Notes under the pieces: model-generated
What the model was told of the DNA's origin: nothing
The model's input: the letters and a program-made list of their open reading frames with translations, nothing else
The model's database searches: none
Program-made: the position numbers and the translations under genes
Shown here: in pieces, positions 1-10,145 of the stretch
Position numbering within the stretch: position 1 is the first letter of the stretch
Layout: every line of letters starts with the position of its first letter
Source: an uncultured Candidatus Saccharibacteria bacterium
Lineage (GTDB): Bacteria > Patescibacteriota > Saccharimonadia > Saccharimonadales > Saccharimonadaceae
Reading direction: 5' to 3'
Length of the DNA: 60,000 bases
Assembly (NCBI GenBank): GCA_947253995.1
Contig: CAMYBM010000001.1
Location: 1 to 60,000 of the forward strand

Positions 1-1164
1 ATACAAGTTGCCGCCACTCTTAAGTAAACCGAATGCATCAGTTTTCTCGGTAGTAATTTTAATTGGCAACTCATCGTTAAATCCATACGAAGCCACATTT
101 GATTTAGTCTCATTATCTACAATGGATACTACGACTCTAAGATCGCCACCCTGCAATTGTTTAGTACTAAATTTATAAACCAACGCATGCTTATCTGTGT
201 CATCAGTAACATCTTTAGTCCTAACTAACGTAAGATCATATCCATTAGCCTGCAGCATTGCCTGTACGTACACTGGCCGTTCAATTACAGACTTATATTC
301 TATGTTAACCACTAAATCTTCACCCGATCTTAGCACTGGGTTGTCAACGGTTGCTTTAATGTATGACTCACGGTTCTTACGCATCTCTTTAAGTGCCTTC
401 CTAGCATTTGGATCAGAGGAGATATTCTCTAAGGAATAACTATCTGCAACGTCATCTGGGTCGCCACTGTCAACAATTCGACCGTCTTCAATCATGATAG
501 CACTAGTACAATATTTACGCACTGCACTCATATCGTGAGTAACTAGAATAACAGTCTTATTGCTATCTTGTTTAACTTTATGAAAGAAGTTGGCGCACTT
601 ACGTTGGAAAGCCTCGTCACCAACTGCAAGCACCTCGTCCAATACCAGGATATCTCCTTGCGCTTTAATTGCTACACTAAAAGCTAAGCGAACTTGCATA
701 CCAGATGAATAGTTCTTCAACTTTTGATTCATAAAATCTTTCAACTCAGCAAAATCAACGATATCATCATACATATTATCAATTTCTTGCCGCGAAAAGC
801 CTAGCATAGCACCATTTAAATAAACGTTTTCGCGTCCAGTAAGATCAGGGTTGAACCCTACGCCCAATTCAATAAATGGTACTAGTGAACCATTAACTGT
901 AACCTTTCCGGCAGTCGGTAAATAGATCCCCGAAATAATCTTTAGTAAAGTTGATTTGCCAGACCCGTTGCGGCCAACAATACCAATAAAATCTCCACGG
1001 TGCACCTTAAGTGAAATGTCACGCAAAACGTGTTGATTGCGATATCCCTTAATTCCTTTGCACCAATTAATAAATGCTTGCTTAATCCCATTGCTGCGTT
1101 CAATTGGCAGACGAAAAGTCTTGGCTACGTGCTCAACTTCTAGCACTACATCGCGTTCGCTCAT
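1..1164 (-). CDS. wzt: ABC polysaccharide/teichoic-acid export ATP-binding protein (Wzt/TagH-like); runs off the window's left edge
   Basis: Not in the ORF track. Manual translation from ATG at 1164 (TAATG overlap with the wzm stop): MSERDVVLEVEHVAKTFRLP...GIVGRNGSGKSTLLK (Walker A)...ELGVGFNPDLTGREN...YSSGMQVRLAF...LVLDEVLAVGD. Confidence 0.93.
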   Translation of the reverse strand, partial: MSERDVVLEVEHVAKTFRLPIERSNGIKQAFINWCKGIKGYRNQHVLRDISLKVHRGDFIGIVGRNGSGKSTLLKIISGIYLPTAGKVTVNGSLVPFIELGVGFNPDLTGRENVYLNGAMLGFSRQEIDNMYDDIVDFAELKDFMNQKLKNYSSGMQVRLAFSVAIKAQGDILVLDEVLAVGDEAFQRKCANFFHKVKQDSNKTVILVTHDMSAVRKYCTSAIMIEDGRIVDSGDPDDVADSYSLENISSDPNARKALKEMRKNRESYIKATVDNPVLRSGEDLVVNIEYKSVIERPVYVQAMLQANGYDLTLVRTKDVTDDTDKHALVYKFSTKQLQGGDLRVVVSIVDNETKSNVASYGFNDELPIKITTEKTDAFGLLKSGGNLY

Positions 1165-1994
1165 TACAAGTCCTCCGTAAATGTTCGCGACGCCCGCTTA
1201 AATACTACAATACCAATTGTCAAAATAAGGGCAACAATTATCAGCGGCGCTAATTTAAATAAACCAAACGGTCCATTGACAACGCTCCATACTGTTTCAG
1301 TTGGCCCAATCAAAACATAGCGTGCATCTTGTATAATCTGAGCAATTGGACTTACCAAAATAATTTTTGCAATAGTAAGTGAGCTGTGTCCATTCATGTT
1401 AATAATCATACCTATTGGGTAGATAATTGGAGTCAAGTAAAATAGCATTTGTACTAGCACGTCCCAAATATGACAAATGTCACGAAACTTAACGTACATC
1501 GAGCTAAGAATTAATGCCACACCAACAGATAGAATATATAGTTCGCTAACAACTAATGGAAATAGTATAATTTTCCAACTCAATGGTACACCATTAATGG
1601 CCATAAAGATGGCAACAACAACTAAACTAATCGCTAAGTTAATAAATGCTGATACGGTAGCTGATATTACTACGATGTAACGCGGAAAATTAATCTTACG
1701 TAATAAATCGCCGCGTCCAACAACAGCCATCATGCCCTGACCAGTAGCTTCCTGGAAGAAAGCCCATAAGGTTTGAGCCAGCAATAACGATACCACAAAA
1801 TGTGGAACATTAGCCCCAAACTTTAAAAAACGCACAAACACAACATACATGATGGCAAATAGCATCAACGGTTTTAGCACAGACCACACCATACCTAAAA
1901 TCGAACCTTGGTAGCGTAATTTAAAATCGGTCTTAACTAATTCGCGTAACAGTATAATAGAGTAGCGATAGTGCGCAATTATCCTTTGCATCAT
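1164..1994 (-). CDS. wzm: ABC-2 type polysaccharide export permease (Wzm/TagG-like)
   Basis: ELVKTDFKLRYQGSILGMVWSVLKPL N-terminus, multiple TM helices, FYLTPIIYP motif, adjacent to wzt. Confidence 0.92.
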   Translation of the reverse strand: MMQRIIAHYRYSIILLRELVKTDFKLRYQGSILGMVWSVLKPLMLFAIMYVVFVRFLKFGANVPHFVVSLLLAQTLWAFFQEATGQGMMAVVGRGDLLRKINFPRYIVVISATVSAFINLAISLVVVAIFMAINGVPLSWKIILFPLVVSELYILSVGVALILSSMYVKFRDICHIWDVLVQMLFYLTPIIYPIGMIINMNGHSSLTIAKIILVSPIAQIIQDARYVLIGPTETVWSVVNGPFGLFKLAPLIIVALILTIGIVVFKRASRTFTEDL

Positions 1995-2044
1995 CTATCA
2001 TTATAACAAAAAAATAATTGCAACAATAGGTTATAATGTAGTTA

Positions 2045-3097
2045 ATGACTAAACCAACTATATCAATTGTCATCCCGGCCTATAATGCAGCTCTTTGTTT
2101 GCCGGAAACCATACACGCTATTCAACAACAAACTTTTTCTAACTGGGAGTTAATCATTGTTGATGACTGCTCGACTGACCAGACCTATAAAATAATTTGT
2201 GATCTAGCACACAAAGATCAACGCATCGTATCACACAAACTTGAATCAAACCAAGGTGCAAGCGGTGCTCGTAATGCTGGCATAGCATTAGCGCGTGGGC
2301 AATATATGGTATTTTTAGATGCTGACGATACAATCAAACCAAACTATCTTAGTACTTTGTTAGATAGTATGACCCCAAATTGTGACCTTGCAGTATGTGG
2401 TTTTATTTATCGTCAATGGCATAATCATAAAATAACCAACGAAGAGATTATCGGTTTAACTAGTTTGCCCGATAAACCAAGTGCAATGCCTTTTGCCGTT
2501 TACGTGGTTTACCTGCTTGGCATTTCACCATTACTTTACCAAGTATGGAATAAACTCTATCGCCGCGATATCATTCACCGTTATAAATTACAGTTTCCAA
2601 TAAATCTAAACTTCGGCGAAGATCTAGAATTTAACCTATCTTATTTGCACTATGCTAAACAGATAAAATTCATTAAGGCAGCACCGTACATTTACAATCT
2701 CAGAGATACAGGTACTTACAAAAAATCATCTTTGATTTATAAACATCGCATTCATAATTACCGCGCCGTACAAAATTTAGTAAAGCACACAGACCACCCT
2801 CAGCTCAAAGACTATCTTCAATGGCTACAATACTATTGGTTCTATTCATTCTGTCTAGCCATCAACTTGTTGCCACGCAAACAGCGTTACGATAAACTGA
2901 CGAACGCCATTAAACAAACTAATTTTCATTACATACCTAAACGTAATGTTATTGGCCTAAAACGTTGGCTACTGAGTACGCTTATCTGCCGGCTCAGCCA
3001 TCAACCACATTTACTAAGTTTATTTATAGATCTATCGAACGGTATCAAAAAGTGCGCTCTAACAGCGTGGTTATGGCGCACTCTTAAACGCAGTTAA
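2045..3097 (+). CDS. GT2 family glycosyltransferase
   Basis: ISIVIPAYN, IIVDDCSTD, GASGARNAG, FLDADD (DxD), GED motifs. Confidence 0.93.
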   Translation: MTKPTISIVIPAYNAALCLPETIHAIQQQTFSNWELIIVDDCSTDQTYKIICDLAHKDQRIVSHKLESNQGASGARNAGIALARGQYMVFLDADDTIKPNYLSTLLDSMTPNCDLAVCGFIYRQWHNHKITNEEIIGLTSLPDKPSAMPFAVYVVYLLGISPLLYQVWNKLYRRDIIHRYKLQFPINLNFGEDLEFNLSYLHYAKQIKFIKAAPYIYNLRDTGTYKKSSLIYKHRIHNYRAVQNLVKHTDHPQLKDYLQWLQYYWFYSFCLAINLLPRKQRYDKLTNAIKQTNFHYIPKRNVIGLKRWLLSTLICRLSHQPHLLSLFIDLSNGIKKCALTAWLWRTLKRS

Positions 3098-3567
3098 TCT
3101 TCCACTTTTAAGCGCAGTACAATGTGCCGTTCTTTGCCTTCACCTTCACTAGCAGTGTCAATTTGACCGTAGTCGATTAACGCCTTATGTATGGTATAGC
3201 GATCAGCTGGATTCATTGGTTTAAGTGCCATCGTTTCGCCTGTTTCGATTACTTGCTTTGCCCATTCTTCAGCTTGTTTGGCTAAACTATCATTGCGCCG
3301 CTTTTTATAATCAGCAACATCTAAATTAACTCTAGTTAAGTCAGCATTCTTTAACTTTAAAGTTGCACGAACTAAATATTGCAAACTATTGAGAGTTGCG
3401 CCATTTTTACCAATTAATAAACTCGACAGGTAGCTCGCTGGAACAGATAACTCAATCATGTCGCCTTCAGCGGTTGCATAAACTTCAGTATTAATACCGT
3501 AAAACGAGAGTAGATTCTCGACATACTGTTTAGCGTATAAAATTGATGCTTCACGATTCATTATCAC
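3094..3567 (-). CDS. jag: Jag/KhpB (EloR) KH + R3H RNA-binding protein, short form
   Basis: LIGKNGATLNSLQYL (KH GxxG), PMNPADRYTIH (R3H), SEGEG; syntenic with yidC. Confidence 0.9.
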   Translation of the reverse strand: MIMNREASILYAKQYVENLLSFYGINTEVYATAEGDMIELSVPASYLSSLLIGKNGATLNSLQYLVRATLKLKNADLTRVNLDVADYKKRRNDSLAKQAEEWAKQVIETGETMALKPMNPADRYTIHKALIDYGQIDTASEGEGKERHIVLRLKVED

Positions 3568-3571
3568 CTCC

Positions 3572-4495
3572 TTACTTTGCCTTACGCCTAATTGTAGTTT
3601 TTGTCGATATATTATCGACTACAGGATCATCCGGCGCCAGCTGCTTACGTCGGACAACTACCGACTTGGCATGCTTTGCGCGCTCATTACTGATATTCTT
3701 CAATTCATCCTGATCTTGATTAAAAATGCACTGTTGTTGAATAACAGCAACCAATGATGAAGTAGCGTAAAATAAAATAACCGCACTCGGGAATGGTATT
3801 GAGATAAAGAAAGTAACAACTGGCATAAGTAAAGACATTCGTCGAGTAGCGGCTTGATTAATTTCAGATTGATCAATTCTTTCACCATTAGAAGCATCGT
3901 GTAAAATTTTACGGATACCACGCACATCATCGCTTTTTGGTAACAGCTGCTTAGCTTGAATATACTGTAATATTGCGCATACTAATACTATAACGAGAGC
4001 TGGTGCGTAAGTAGCAGCCGATTTTCCAAGATCAATTACACCAAATAAATTAAACTGTGGATTAGATCCGATTAAATCATTAACTCTCGGCAGACCATTT
4101 AACCAACCGTACAAATAATTCGACGCGACCGCGTTGGTATGAAAATGCACAATTGTACGCGTAACATTAAAAATTGCCAACAAAATTGGTAGCTGGATCA
4201 AGTTAACGGCGATTGAGTAACTTTGTTTAATGCCACGTTCTTTATACAAAGCCATCATCATGGTAGCTTGTACCATTTTATCTTTATTGCTACGTTTAAT
4301 TTTATCAAGTTCAGGCTTGATGTCACGCATCAGCTTGGCTTGATGCAACTGACATTTCACCAGTGGCCACATTAGTAAACGAATAATTACCGTAACAATA
4401 ATAATCGATATACCAAAATCACCAACAGCACTATAGATCACTGCCAATAAGTTAAAAATTGGTTTAGTTAAAATTTCATCAAACAGATTCATCAT
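3572..4495 (-). CDS. yidC: Membrane protein insertase YidC/Oxa1 (short, monoderm-type)
   Basis: DFGISIIIVTVIIRLLMWPL, PELDKIK, LIQLPIL; position in the rnpA-yidC-jag cluster. Confidence 0.92.
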   Translation of the reverse strand: MMNLFDEILTKPIFNLLAVIYSAVGDFGISIIIVTVIIRLLMWPLVKCQLHQAKLMRDIKPELDKIKRSNKDKMVQATMMMALYKERGIKQSYSIAVNLIQLPILLAIFNVTRTIVHFHTNAVASNYLYGWLNGLPRVNDLIGSNPQFNLFGVIDLGKSAATYAPALVIVLVCAILQYIQAKQLLPKSDDVRGIRKILHDASNGERIDQSEINQAATRRMSLLMPVVTFFISIPFPSAVILFYATSSLVAVIQQQCIFNQDQDELKNISNERAKHAKSVVVRRKQLAPDDPVVDNISTKTTIRRKAK

Positions 4496-4859
4496 CTATT
4501 ATCTTATCATAAAGCGTCGTTTTATGCAGTTTATGATAAGCTAACAAGAGTTGCTGTTCTAATTCTTGCGGCTTAAGTAGCAGTATATCTGCTGAATAGA
4601 TACTAATGGCCAAGTCAACCGGTTGTTCCCAATTGTCTAAATGCAATCTTATTAATTCATACAGTCGCCGCCGAGCCTGATTGCGCAGAACTGCATGTCG
4701 CAATACTTTTTTACTGACAATTACCGCCGCACGGGTTGTCTTGCGATGCGGGTTAAGTGTCGCGCGAACGCTAAAATATTTAGTACGGACTTTAGCGCCG
4801 TGACTAAATAAATAATTTAAGCTAGCATGACCATGAAAACGGTAATTTTGTCGTAACAT
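4479..4859 (-). CDS. rnpA: Ribonuclease P protein component
   Basis: RAAVIVSKKV..AVLRNQARRRL (RNR-like motif); synteny. Confidence 0.92.
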   Translation of the reverse strand: MLRQNYRFHGHASLNYLFSHGAKVRTKYFSVRATLNPHRKTTRAAVIVSKKVLRHAVLRNQARRRLYELIRLHLDNWEQPVDLAISIYSADILLLKPQELEQQLLLAYHKLHKTTLYDKIIDDESV

Positions 4860-4885
4860 AAATAATATCTAAAAATTAGAAAAAT

Positions 4886-4913
4886 TATAACGAGCTACTT
4901 GCTCGTTATAATT
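4886..4913 (-). terminator. Hairpin downstream of rpmH
   Basis: TTATAACGAGC-TACTT-GCTCGTTATAA inverted repeat. Confidence 0.5.
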
Positions 4914-4920
4914 GTATAAT

Positions 4921-5058
4921 CTAACGCGCAATTTTATTGCGCTGCTTATTGCGACGACGCTTCAAAACTAACTGGCCAGCACGGGTTGACATTCTAGCGC
5001 GAAAGCCATGCACACGAGCAGCGTGTCGCTTCTTTGGTTGGTAGGTTCTCTTTGGCAT
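4921..5058 (-). CDS. rpmH: 50S ribosomal protein L34
   Basis: Below the ORF-track cutoff. Manual translation: [45 protein letters not shown]. Confidence 0.97.
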   Translation of the reverse strand: MPKRTYQPKKRHAARVHGFRARMSTRAGQLVLKRRRNKQRNKIAR

Positions 5059-5117
5059 ATCGTTATTAGTATAACATAAAATTACATTTTTTCAACATAA
5101 CAACTTAACTCATAACG

Positions 5118-5221
5118 TTATCCACACCCATAATTGAGTTTTCCACTGCTATTACAGTAGTAATTCTAATATGTGGAAAACTATAGGGCTATTTAATTTG
5201 GCGTTTTTGTCTTGTGGAAAA
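5118..5221. promoter_or_regulatory. DnaA-box cluster upstream of dnaA (oriC part 1 / dnaA autoregulation)
   Basis: TTATCCACA 5118-5126, TTTTCCACT 5139-5147, TGTGGAAAA 5172-5180 and 5213-5221. Confidence 0.85.
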
Positions 5222-5248
5222 CTCTCGATTTTGTTATGATTTTAATTA

Positions 5249-6652
5249 GTGAATGAGGTGTATGGGGTACAAACTAACCGACTGCACGAATTGTGGCAGG
5301 AAGTCTTAACTGACGTCAAACTCAACAATTCAGTATCAGATACCAGCTACAATATTTTTTGGAAAAACAAAACTAACGACGCTATCACATTAATCAAACT
5401 AACTGATTCAACCTACACCTTCGAAGTAAAAAACTTCATGTTTAAGACGCAATTTGAAACAAAATTCTACAACTTAGTCTGCGCTGAATTAGCTAAATTT
5501 AATCCATCGGTTTCAAAACCTAATCTAATATTTAAGATTCGCAAAAATAGTACCAAGGGGCATATTGACGATGATGTCGTTGTGATTACAGAGAGTAAAT
5601 CACCCAAGCAAAAAAGCTCCGCAACATTTCAATCACATCTCAACAGTAGATATACTTTTGATAGTTTTATTGTTGGATCGTGCAATCAGTTTGCCTACAC
5701 TGTAGCTCAGGCTGCAGCAAAACAACCTGGGACACATTACAATCCTGTATTCGTCTATGGTGGTGTTGGACTAGGCAAAACTCATTTAATTCAAGCGATT
5801 GGTAATTCGATCCAAAAAAATAATCCTGATAGCAAGGTACTATACGCAACTACCGAAGAATTCGTCAACGATTTTATCTATCACGTACGCAACAAAACGC
5901 CTGAAGCTTTTACTAAAAAATATCGCGAGCTCGACGTATTAATTATCGACGACATTCAATTCATTGCGGGTAAAGGTAAAACAGAAGAAGCGTTTTTCAA
6001 TACTTTTAATTCGTTACACCAATCTAATCGACAGATAATAATTAGCTCAGATCGTCCGCCGGCAGAAATAGCCACATTAACTGATCGCCTACGCAGTCGT
6101 TTTCAAATGGGCATGATGGTCGACATAGCTTTGCCGGAATACGAAACCCGCGTCGCCATTGTTGAAGCCAAATCGATGCTAAATAGCACAATAAATCTAC
6201 CGAAAGCAACCGCTGAATACATTGCTAAAACAGTCTGCACTAACGTACGTGAACTCGAAGGCGCGCTCAACCAAATTTTAGCGTACGCCGAGATGCAAAA
6301 CATTACGCCTACACCAGAGTTTGCTGCTGAAATTTTAGCCAGTAATCACCCTAGCAAAACTCGCCACGTTACTGCTCGGCAAATTATTGACAAGACAGCA
6401 CGCCACTTTAACATTAAAGTTACCGAAATGAAATCAGCCTCACGCAGCGTAACAGTTGCCCTACCGCGACAAATATCAATGTATCTTCTGCGTACTGAAT
6501 TACATTTAAGTTATCCTCAAATTGCCACTGAATTAGGGCGCAACGATCATACTACGGCTATGCATTCAATTCGCAAAATTGAAAATAAAGTCGAGTTAGA
6601 TACTGTAATTCGCCAAGAAGTAGCTGCTATAAAGGACGAACTCTATGCTTAA
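5249..6652 (+). CDS. dnaA: Chromosomal replication initiator DnaA
   Basis: YTFDSFIVG, YNPVFVYGGVGLGKTHL, LIIDDIQF, RLRSRF, NVRELEGAL, RNDHTTAMHS. Confidence 0.98.
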   Translation: MNEVYGVQTNRLHELWQEVLTDVKLNNSVSDTSYNIFWKNKTNDAITLIKLTDSTYTFEVKNFMFKTQFETKFYNLVCAELAKFNPSVSKPNLIFKIRKNSTKGHIDDDVVVITESKSPKQKSSATFQSHLNSRYTFDSFIVGSCNQFAYTVAQAAAKQPGTHYNPVFVYGGVGLGKTHLIQAIGNSIQKNNPDSKVLYATTEEFVNDFIYHVRNKTPEAFTKKYRELDVLIIDDIQFIAGKGKTEEAFFNTFNSLHQSNRQIIISSDRPPAEIATLTDRLRSRFQMGMMVDIALPEYETRVAIVEAKSMLNSTINLPKATAEYIAKTVCTNVRELEGALNQILAYAEMQNITPTPEFAAEILASNHPSKTRHVTARQIIDKTARHFNIKVTEMKSASRSVTVALPRQISMYLLRTELHLSYPQIATELGRNDHTTAMHSIRKIENKVELDTVIRQEVAAIKDELYA

Positions 6653-6654
6653 TA

Positions 6655-6875
6655 CAGTGGATAACTCGTGGAAACTCGGTGGATTTAACCTTGTAAAAAC
6701 TGTGCAAATCTTTCCACTGAATTTTGAATGCTTAATGGTTCAAAACCAACTGTGCAAAACACTAAGCATTTATACACAGCTTTCCACAGCCGTTTTCCAC
6801 AACTTATTTTCAGTTAAATACAGTACGTTTTCCACTTTATCCACAAGACTTATTACTATGATTATTTAATTAATA
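6655..6875. other. Replication origin oriC (dnaA-dnaN intergenic): DnaA boxes + DnaA-trio-like unwinding element
   Basis: About 10 perfect or degenerate boxes (AGTGGATAA, TTATACACA, TTTTCCACA, tandem TTTTCCACT-TTATCCACA at 6828-6845), then TTA TTA CTA TGA TTA and an AT-rich tract. Confidence 0.88.
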
Positions 6876-6888
6876 AAGGAGATATAAA

Positions 6889-7971
6889 ATGAAACTATCT
6901 ATCCCACAGCAGAATTTAGCCAAAGCACTAAGCAACGTAGCGCGTATCGCTACTGCGCAATCTGGCAATGCAATGCTAGGTAATGTTTTATTGCGAACTG
7001 ATACGAATAAGTTAATTGTTAGCGCTACGAATCTTGAAGTTGTTATTGTTTATACGATACCAGCTAGGGTTGAATCCGAAGGGGCAATCACTGTACCTGC
7101 CCGCATCTTAGCTGACTTTGTTGCAAAGCTACCGAATACAACGGTAGAATTGAACGTTGAGCATAATCTAATAAAGGTTAAAGCTGGCGGTTTCAGTTCG
7201 ACAATTAACGCGACCGATGCAGAAGAATACCCGGCAATTCCAGAATCGGAGGAACCGAAGCAGTTTGTAGTATCGGGTGCCGACTTAAAGCTAGCAGTCA
7301 ACCGTACGATTGTAGCAGTCAGCTCAGATACGACGCGACCAATATTTACCGGAGTTTGCTTCTGCAAAAAAGCTGGTAAGCTAGTTTTGGCTGCAACTGA
7401 CGGCTACCGATTAGCTGAATCAAAGACTAATGTAGCGATTGAATGTGATCTCAACTTTGTTGTACCGTCTAGCGCCTTGCAGGATGTTGTTCGTGTCATT
7501 GAATCCAATAACGACGTAATAGTGAAATATAGTGATGATCAAGTGAGCTTTATTATTGATGACGCTCGAGTAACGTCACGTTTGATCGATGGTAGTTTTA
7601 TTAATTATGACAATTTGATTCCGATGGAAAATAAATTCAACATTAAAGTTAATCGTGGTGATCTACTTAAGGCGACAAAAATGGCCGAGCCGTTTACGCA
7701 TCCAGCTAATATTATTACCCTAAAGACTGGCAAACACAGTATCGCGATTCGCTCAGTAGCGGGACAGGTTGGTGTTAACTCGTCTGAATTAGAGGCTGAG
7801 GTTAAAGGTAAAGAGAGCTCGATTAACTTAAATGTACGGTATGTAATTGACGCTATTAACTGTATTAACGGGGAGGATATTACTTTGCGCTACAATGATC
7901 CCAATATGGCAATTCTGCTAAGTGGGGACGACGATAATTACACACATTTGGTAATGCCGGTGCGATCATAA
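6889..7971 (+). CDS. dnaN: DNA polymerase III beta sliding clamp
   Basis: SATNLE, EEYP, RPIFTGV, AATDGYRLA, C-terminal LVMPVR; SD AAAGGAG. Confidence 0.97.
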   Translation: MKLSIPQQNLAKALSNVARIATAQSGNAMLGNVLLRTDTNKLIVSATNLEVVIVYTIPARVESEGAITVPARILADFVAKLPNTTVELNVEHNLIKVKAGGFSSTINATDAEEYPAIPESEEPKQFVVSGADLKLAVNRTIVAVSSDTTRPIFTGVCFCKKAGKLVLAATDGYRLAESKTNVAIECDLNFVVPSSALQDVVRVIESNNDVIVKYSDDQVSFIIDDARVTSRLIDGSFINYDNLIPMENKFNIKVNRGDLLKATKMAEPFTHPANIITLKTGKHSIAIRSVAGQVGVNSSELEAEVKGKESSINLNVRYVIDAINCINGEDITLRYNDPNMAILLSGDDDNYTHLVMPVRS

Positions 7972-8963
7972 TGTTGTTAACAGTTAAGAATTTTCGTTCA
8001 CACGACAGCTGTACGGTTGAATTTACCGATGGTATGAATATTATTACCGGTATTAATGGCAGTGGAAAAACTAGCCTAATTGAAGCCATTTATATTGCAC
8101 TTCTAGGAAAAAGCTGGCGATCAAACTTCGACGAAATCACAAAGAAGGATGGATTGGGCGATTGGTGGCGTATTGATCTTAACCTTAATAACGATACGCG
8201 TATTGTAAAATACAAAAAAGGCAGCAAAGAGTTTATCATTAATGATAAAATTTATCGACGCTTCCCAACGAGTCAGCGTTTGCCAGTAATTTTATTTGAA
8301 CCCAATGATATGCAGCTACTATACGGATCGCCTGCTCGGCGGCGTGACTTTTTTGATCGTATAATTGGGATTATTTACCCGGATCATCAATCTAATGTGA
8401 ATAAATTTACAAGAGTGTTAAGGCAACGTAATAATTTATTAAAGCAGGAATACTATAGCTTAGACGAACTGGTAGTATGGAATAAACAAATGGTGGATCT
8501 ATCGCGCAAAATATCGCTTCAGCGTAAATGTTTAATTGAAAAAATCAATCAAACATTGCAGCAAGAATACGAAATGATTGCTAAACAAGAAGATAGTATC
8601 AAGCTACGTTTTGTGCCGGGAGTTCCGTCAGGGTTAGATCTCGATTATGCCCTACAGCAAGACCCAGGCAATACGCATATTGGCGCGCAAAAAGATGATA
8701 TTGCGTTTATTTTTAACGGAAAATTTGCCAAGACGGCAGCATCGCGTGGCGAAAATAGAACTATTCTATTTGCTTTATTGGCTGTAATTAGCAAACTAGT
8801 ACGCTCAATTTACGGCTACGCTGTCATTTTACTTGATGATATAGATTCTGAGCTTGACGAAGTACACCGACAAAATCTATACGCAACGCCAGTATTCCAG
8901 GAGCATACGATTGCTACTACTTTAGCGTACAGCGGAGATAAGTGTAATATTATTAAGCTTTAG
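7971..8963 (+). CDS. recF: DNA replication/repair protein RecF
   Basis: NFRS, GINGSGKTSLIEAIY, GSPARRRDFFD, QRNNLLK, ASRGE, LLDDIDSELD; follows dnaN. Confidence 0.92.
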   Translation: MLLTVKNFRSHDSCTVEFTDGMNIITGINGSGKTSLIEAIYIALLGKSWRSNFDEITKKDGLGDWWRIDLNLNNDTRIVKYKKGSKEFIINDKIYRRFPTSQRLPVILFEPNDMQLLYGSPARRRDFFDRIIGIIYPDHQSNVNKFTRVLRQRNNLLKQEYYSLDELVVWNKQMVDLSRKISLQRKCLIEKINQTLQQEYEMIAKQEDSIKLRFVPGVPSGLDLDYALQQDPGNTHIGAQKDDIAFIFNGKFAKTAASRGENRTILFALLAVISKLVRSIYGYAVILLDDIDSELDEVHRQNLYATPVFQEHTIATTLAYSGDKCNIIKL

Positions 8964-10144
8964 TCGGCGCGATTCAATGACGCTACGACATCGTAATGTG
9001 ATGCTACCCACGCTGGATATAATCCAAGTATAATACCAGCGACTAATGGGATGCCGAGACCAAGTATGATGGCATTTAGACTAAAGATAAGGCTAATTGA
9101 TAGATAGTTGGACAAAACGAGTGTTGCCACGTAAGCCAAAATAACACCAATCACTCCACCGTATAATGTAATGGCACCGGACTCGACTAGGAATTGTAGA
9201 ATGATATCGCGATTAGTTGCGCCGACAGCCCGTCGGATGGCAATCTCACTGCGACGTTCAATAACGTTAACGAGCATGATACTAACAACGCTAATGCTAC
9301 TTAGTAGGATGACGATAACTGCAACAATCAATACGACTGTTTGTGCCCAATTAATTAATTGTTGTAAGTGCGTTAATATTTGGCTTAATTTGACTATACG
9401 ATATGTTTCACTATCTGCGTGCGAAGCGGACAAGGTAGCATTGATTGCATCTATCGCAGAGTTGTCTTTAATTTCTACAAGCATTTGATTGATGCGTGGT
9501 ATATTAAACAAATTTTGACCACGATCTAAGTTCAAAAAAGCTGCCTGATCGATGTTGTACCCTAATAATGAAATAGGTTCGCCAACTTTATCTAATATAC
9601 CAACAACTGTAAAGTTAGTACCATTTATATTGACGATTTGGTTGCGCGATTGTGTAGTACCAAGTAAACGTTGTGCTAAGCTAAAGCCTAAAACTACCAA
9701 GTTCTTAGTGGAATCACCTGCTTCTAGCCAGTTTCCACTTGCTAGTTTGAACTTTAATTGACTAGTGAAGTCGGTATTGGTTGATACTACTGGCGTACCG
9801 TCAGCATTGTGATCCTCGGAGCGCAAAGTACTATAAGTAATTAATGATGCACTAGCGCGATTAACTGTGCCGAGCTGACGGATAGTATTGAAATCTTGAT
9901 TGTTTAGGCTAGGTGTAGTAACTTGCGGTAAGTTGAATTGATTGTTAGTTTGTCCGCCTGAAATAATTAAGCCGGTAGATTTTATCCGGTTAGCTTGCCG
10001 CCATATACTGGCACTTAAGGAATCACCAATAATAATACTTAAAGCGATTAAAAATGCCGCGATAACTACACCTAACACAATCATTGTGTTACGTAAGCGA
10101 TGACGACGAATATTTTCACGCGCAAGTCTAATGGCTAAAAACAT
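8960..10144 (-). CDS. MacB/FtsX-family ABC transporter permease
   Basis: N-terminal TM, large extracytoplasmic loop, VIERRSEIAIRRAVGA..ILQFLVES, GLYPAW. Confidence 0.88.
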   Translation of the reverse strand: MFLAIRLARENIRRHRLRNTMIVLGVVIAAFLIALSIIIGDSLSASIWRQANRIKSTGLIISGGQTNNQFNLPQVTTPSLNNQDFNTIRQLGTVNRASASLITYSTLRSEDHNADGTPVVSTNTDFTSQLKFKLASGNWLEAGDSTKNLVVLGFSLAQRLLGTTQSRNQIVNINGTNFTVVGILDKVGEPISLLGYNIDQAAFLNLDRGQNLFNIPRINQMLVEIKDNSAIDAINATLSASHADSETYRIVKLSQILTHLQQLINWAQTVVLIVAVIVILLSSISVVSIMLVNVIERRSEIAIRRAVGATNRDIILQFLVESGAITLYGGVIGVILAYVATLVLSNYLSISLIFSLNAIILGLGIPLVAGIILGLYPAWVASHYDVVASLNRAD

Positions 10145-10145
10145 T

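Noticed and set aside
6645..6869. 74-aa ORF between dnaA and dnaN
   Set aside because: Coincides with the DnaA-box array of oriC and has no recognisable protein features.
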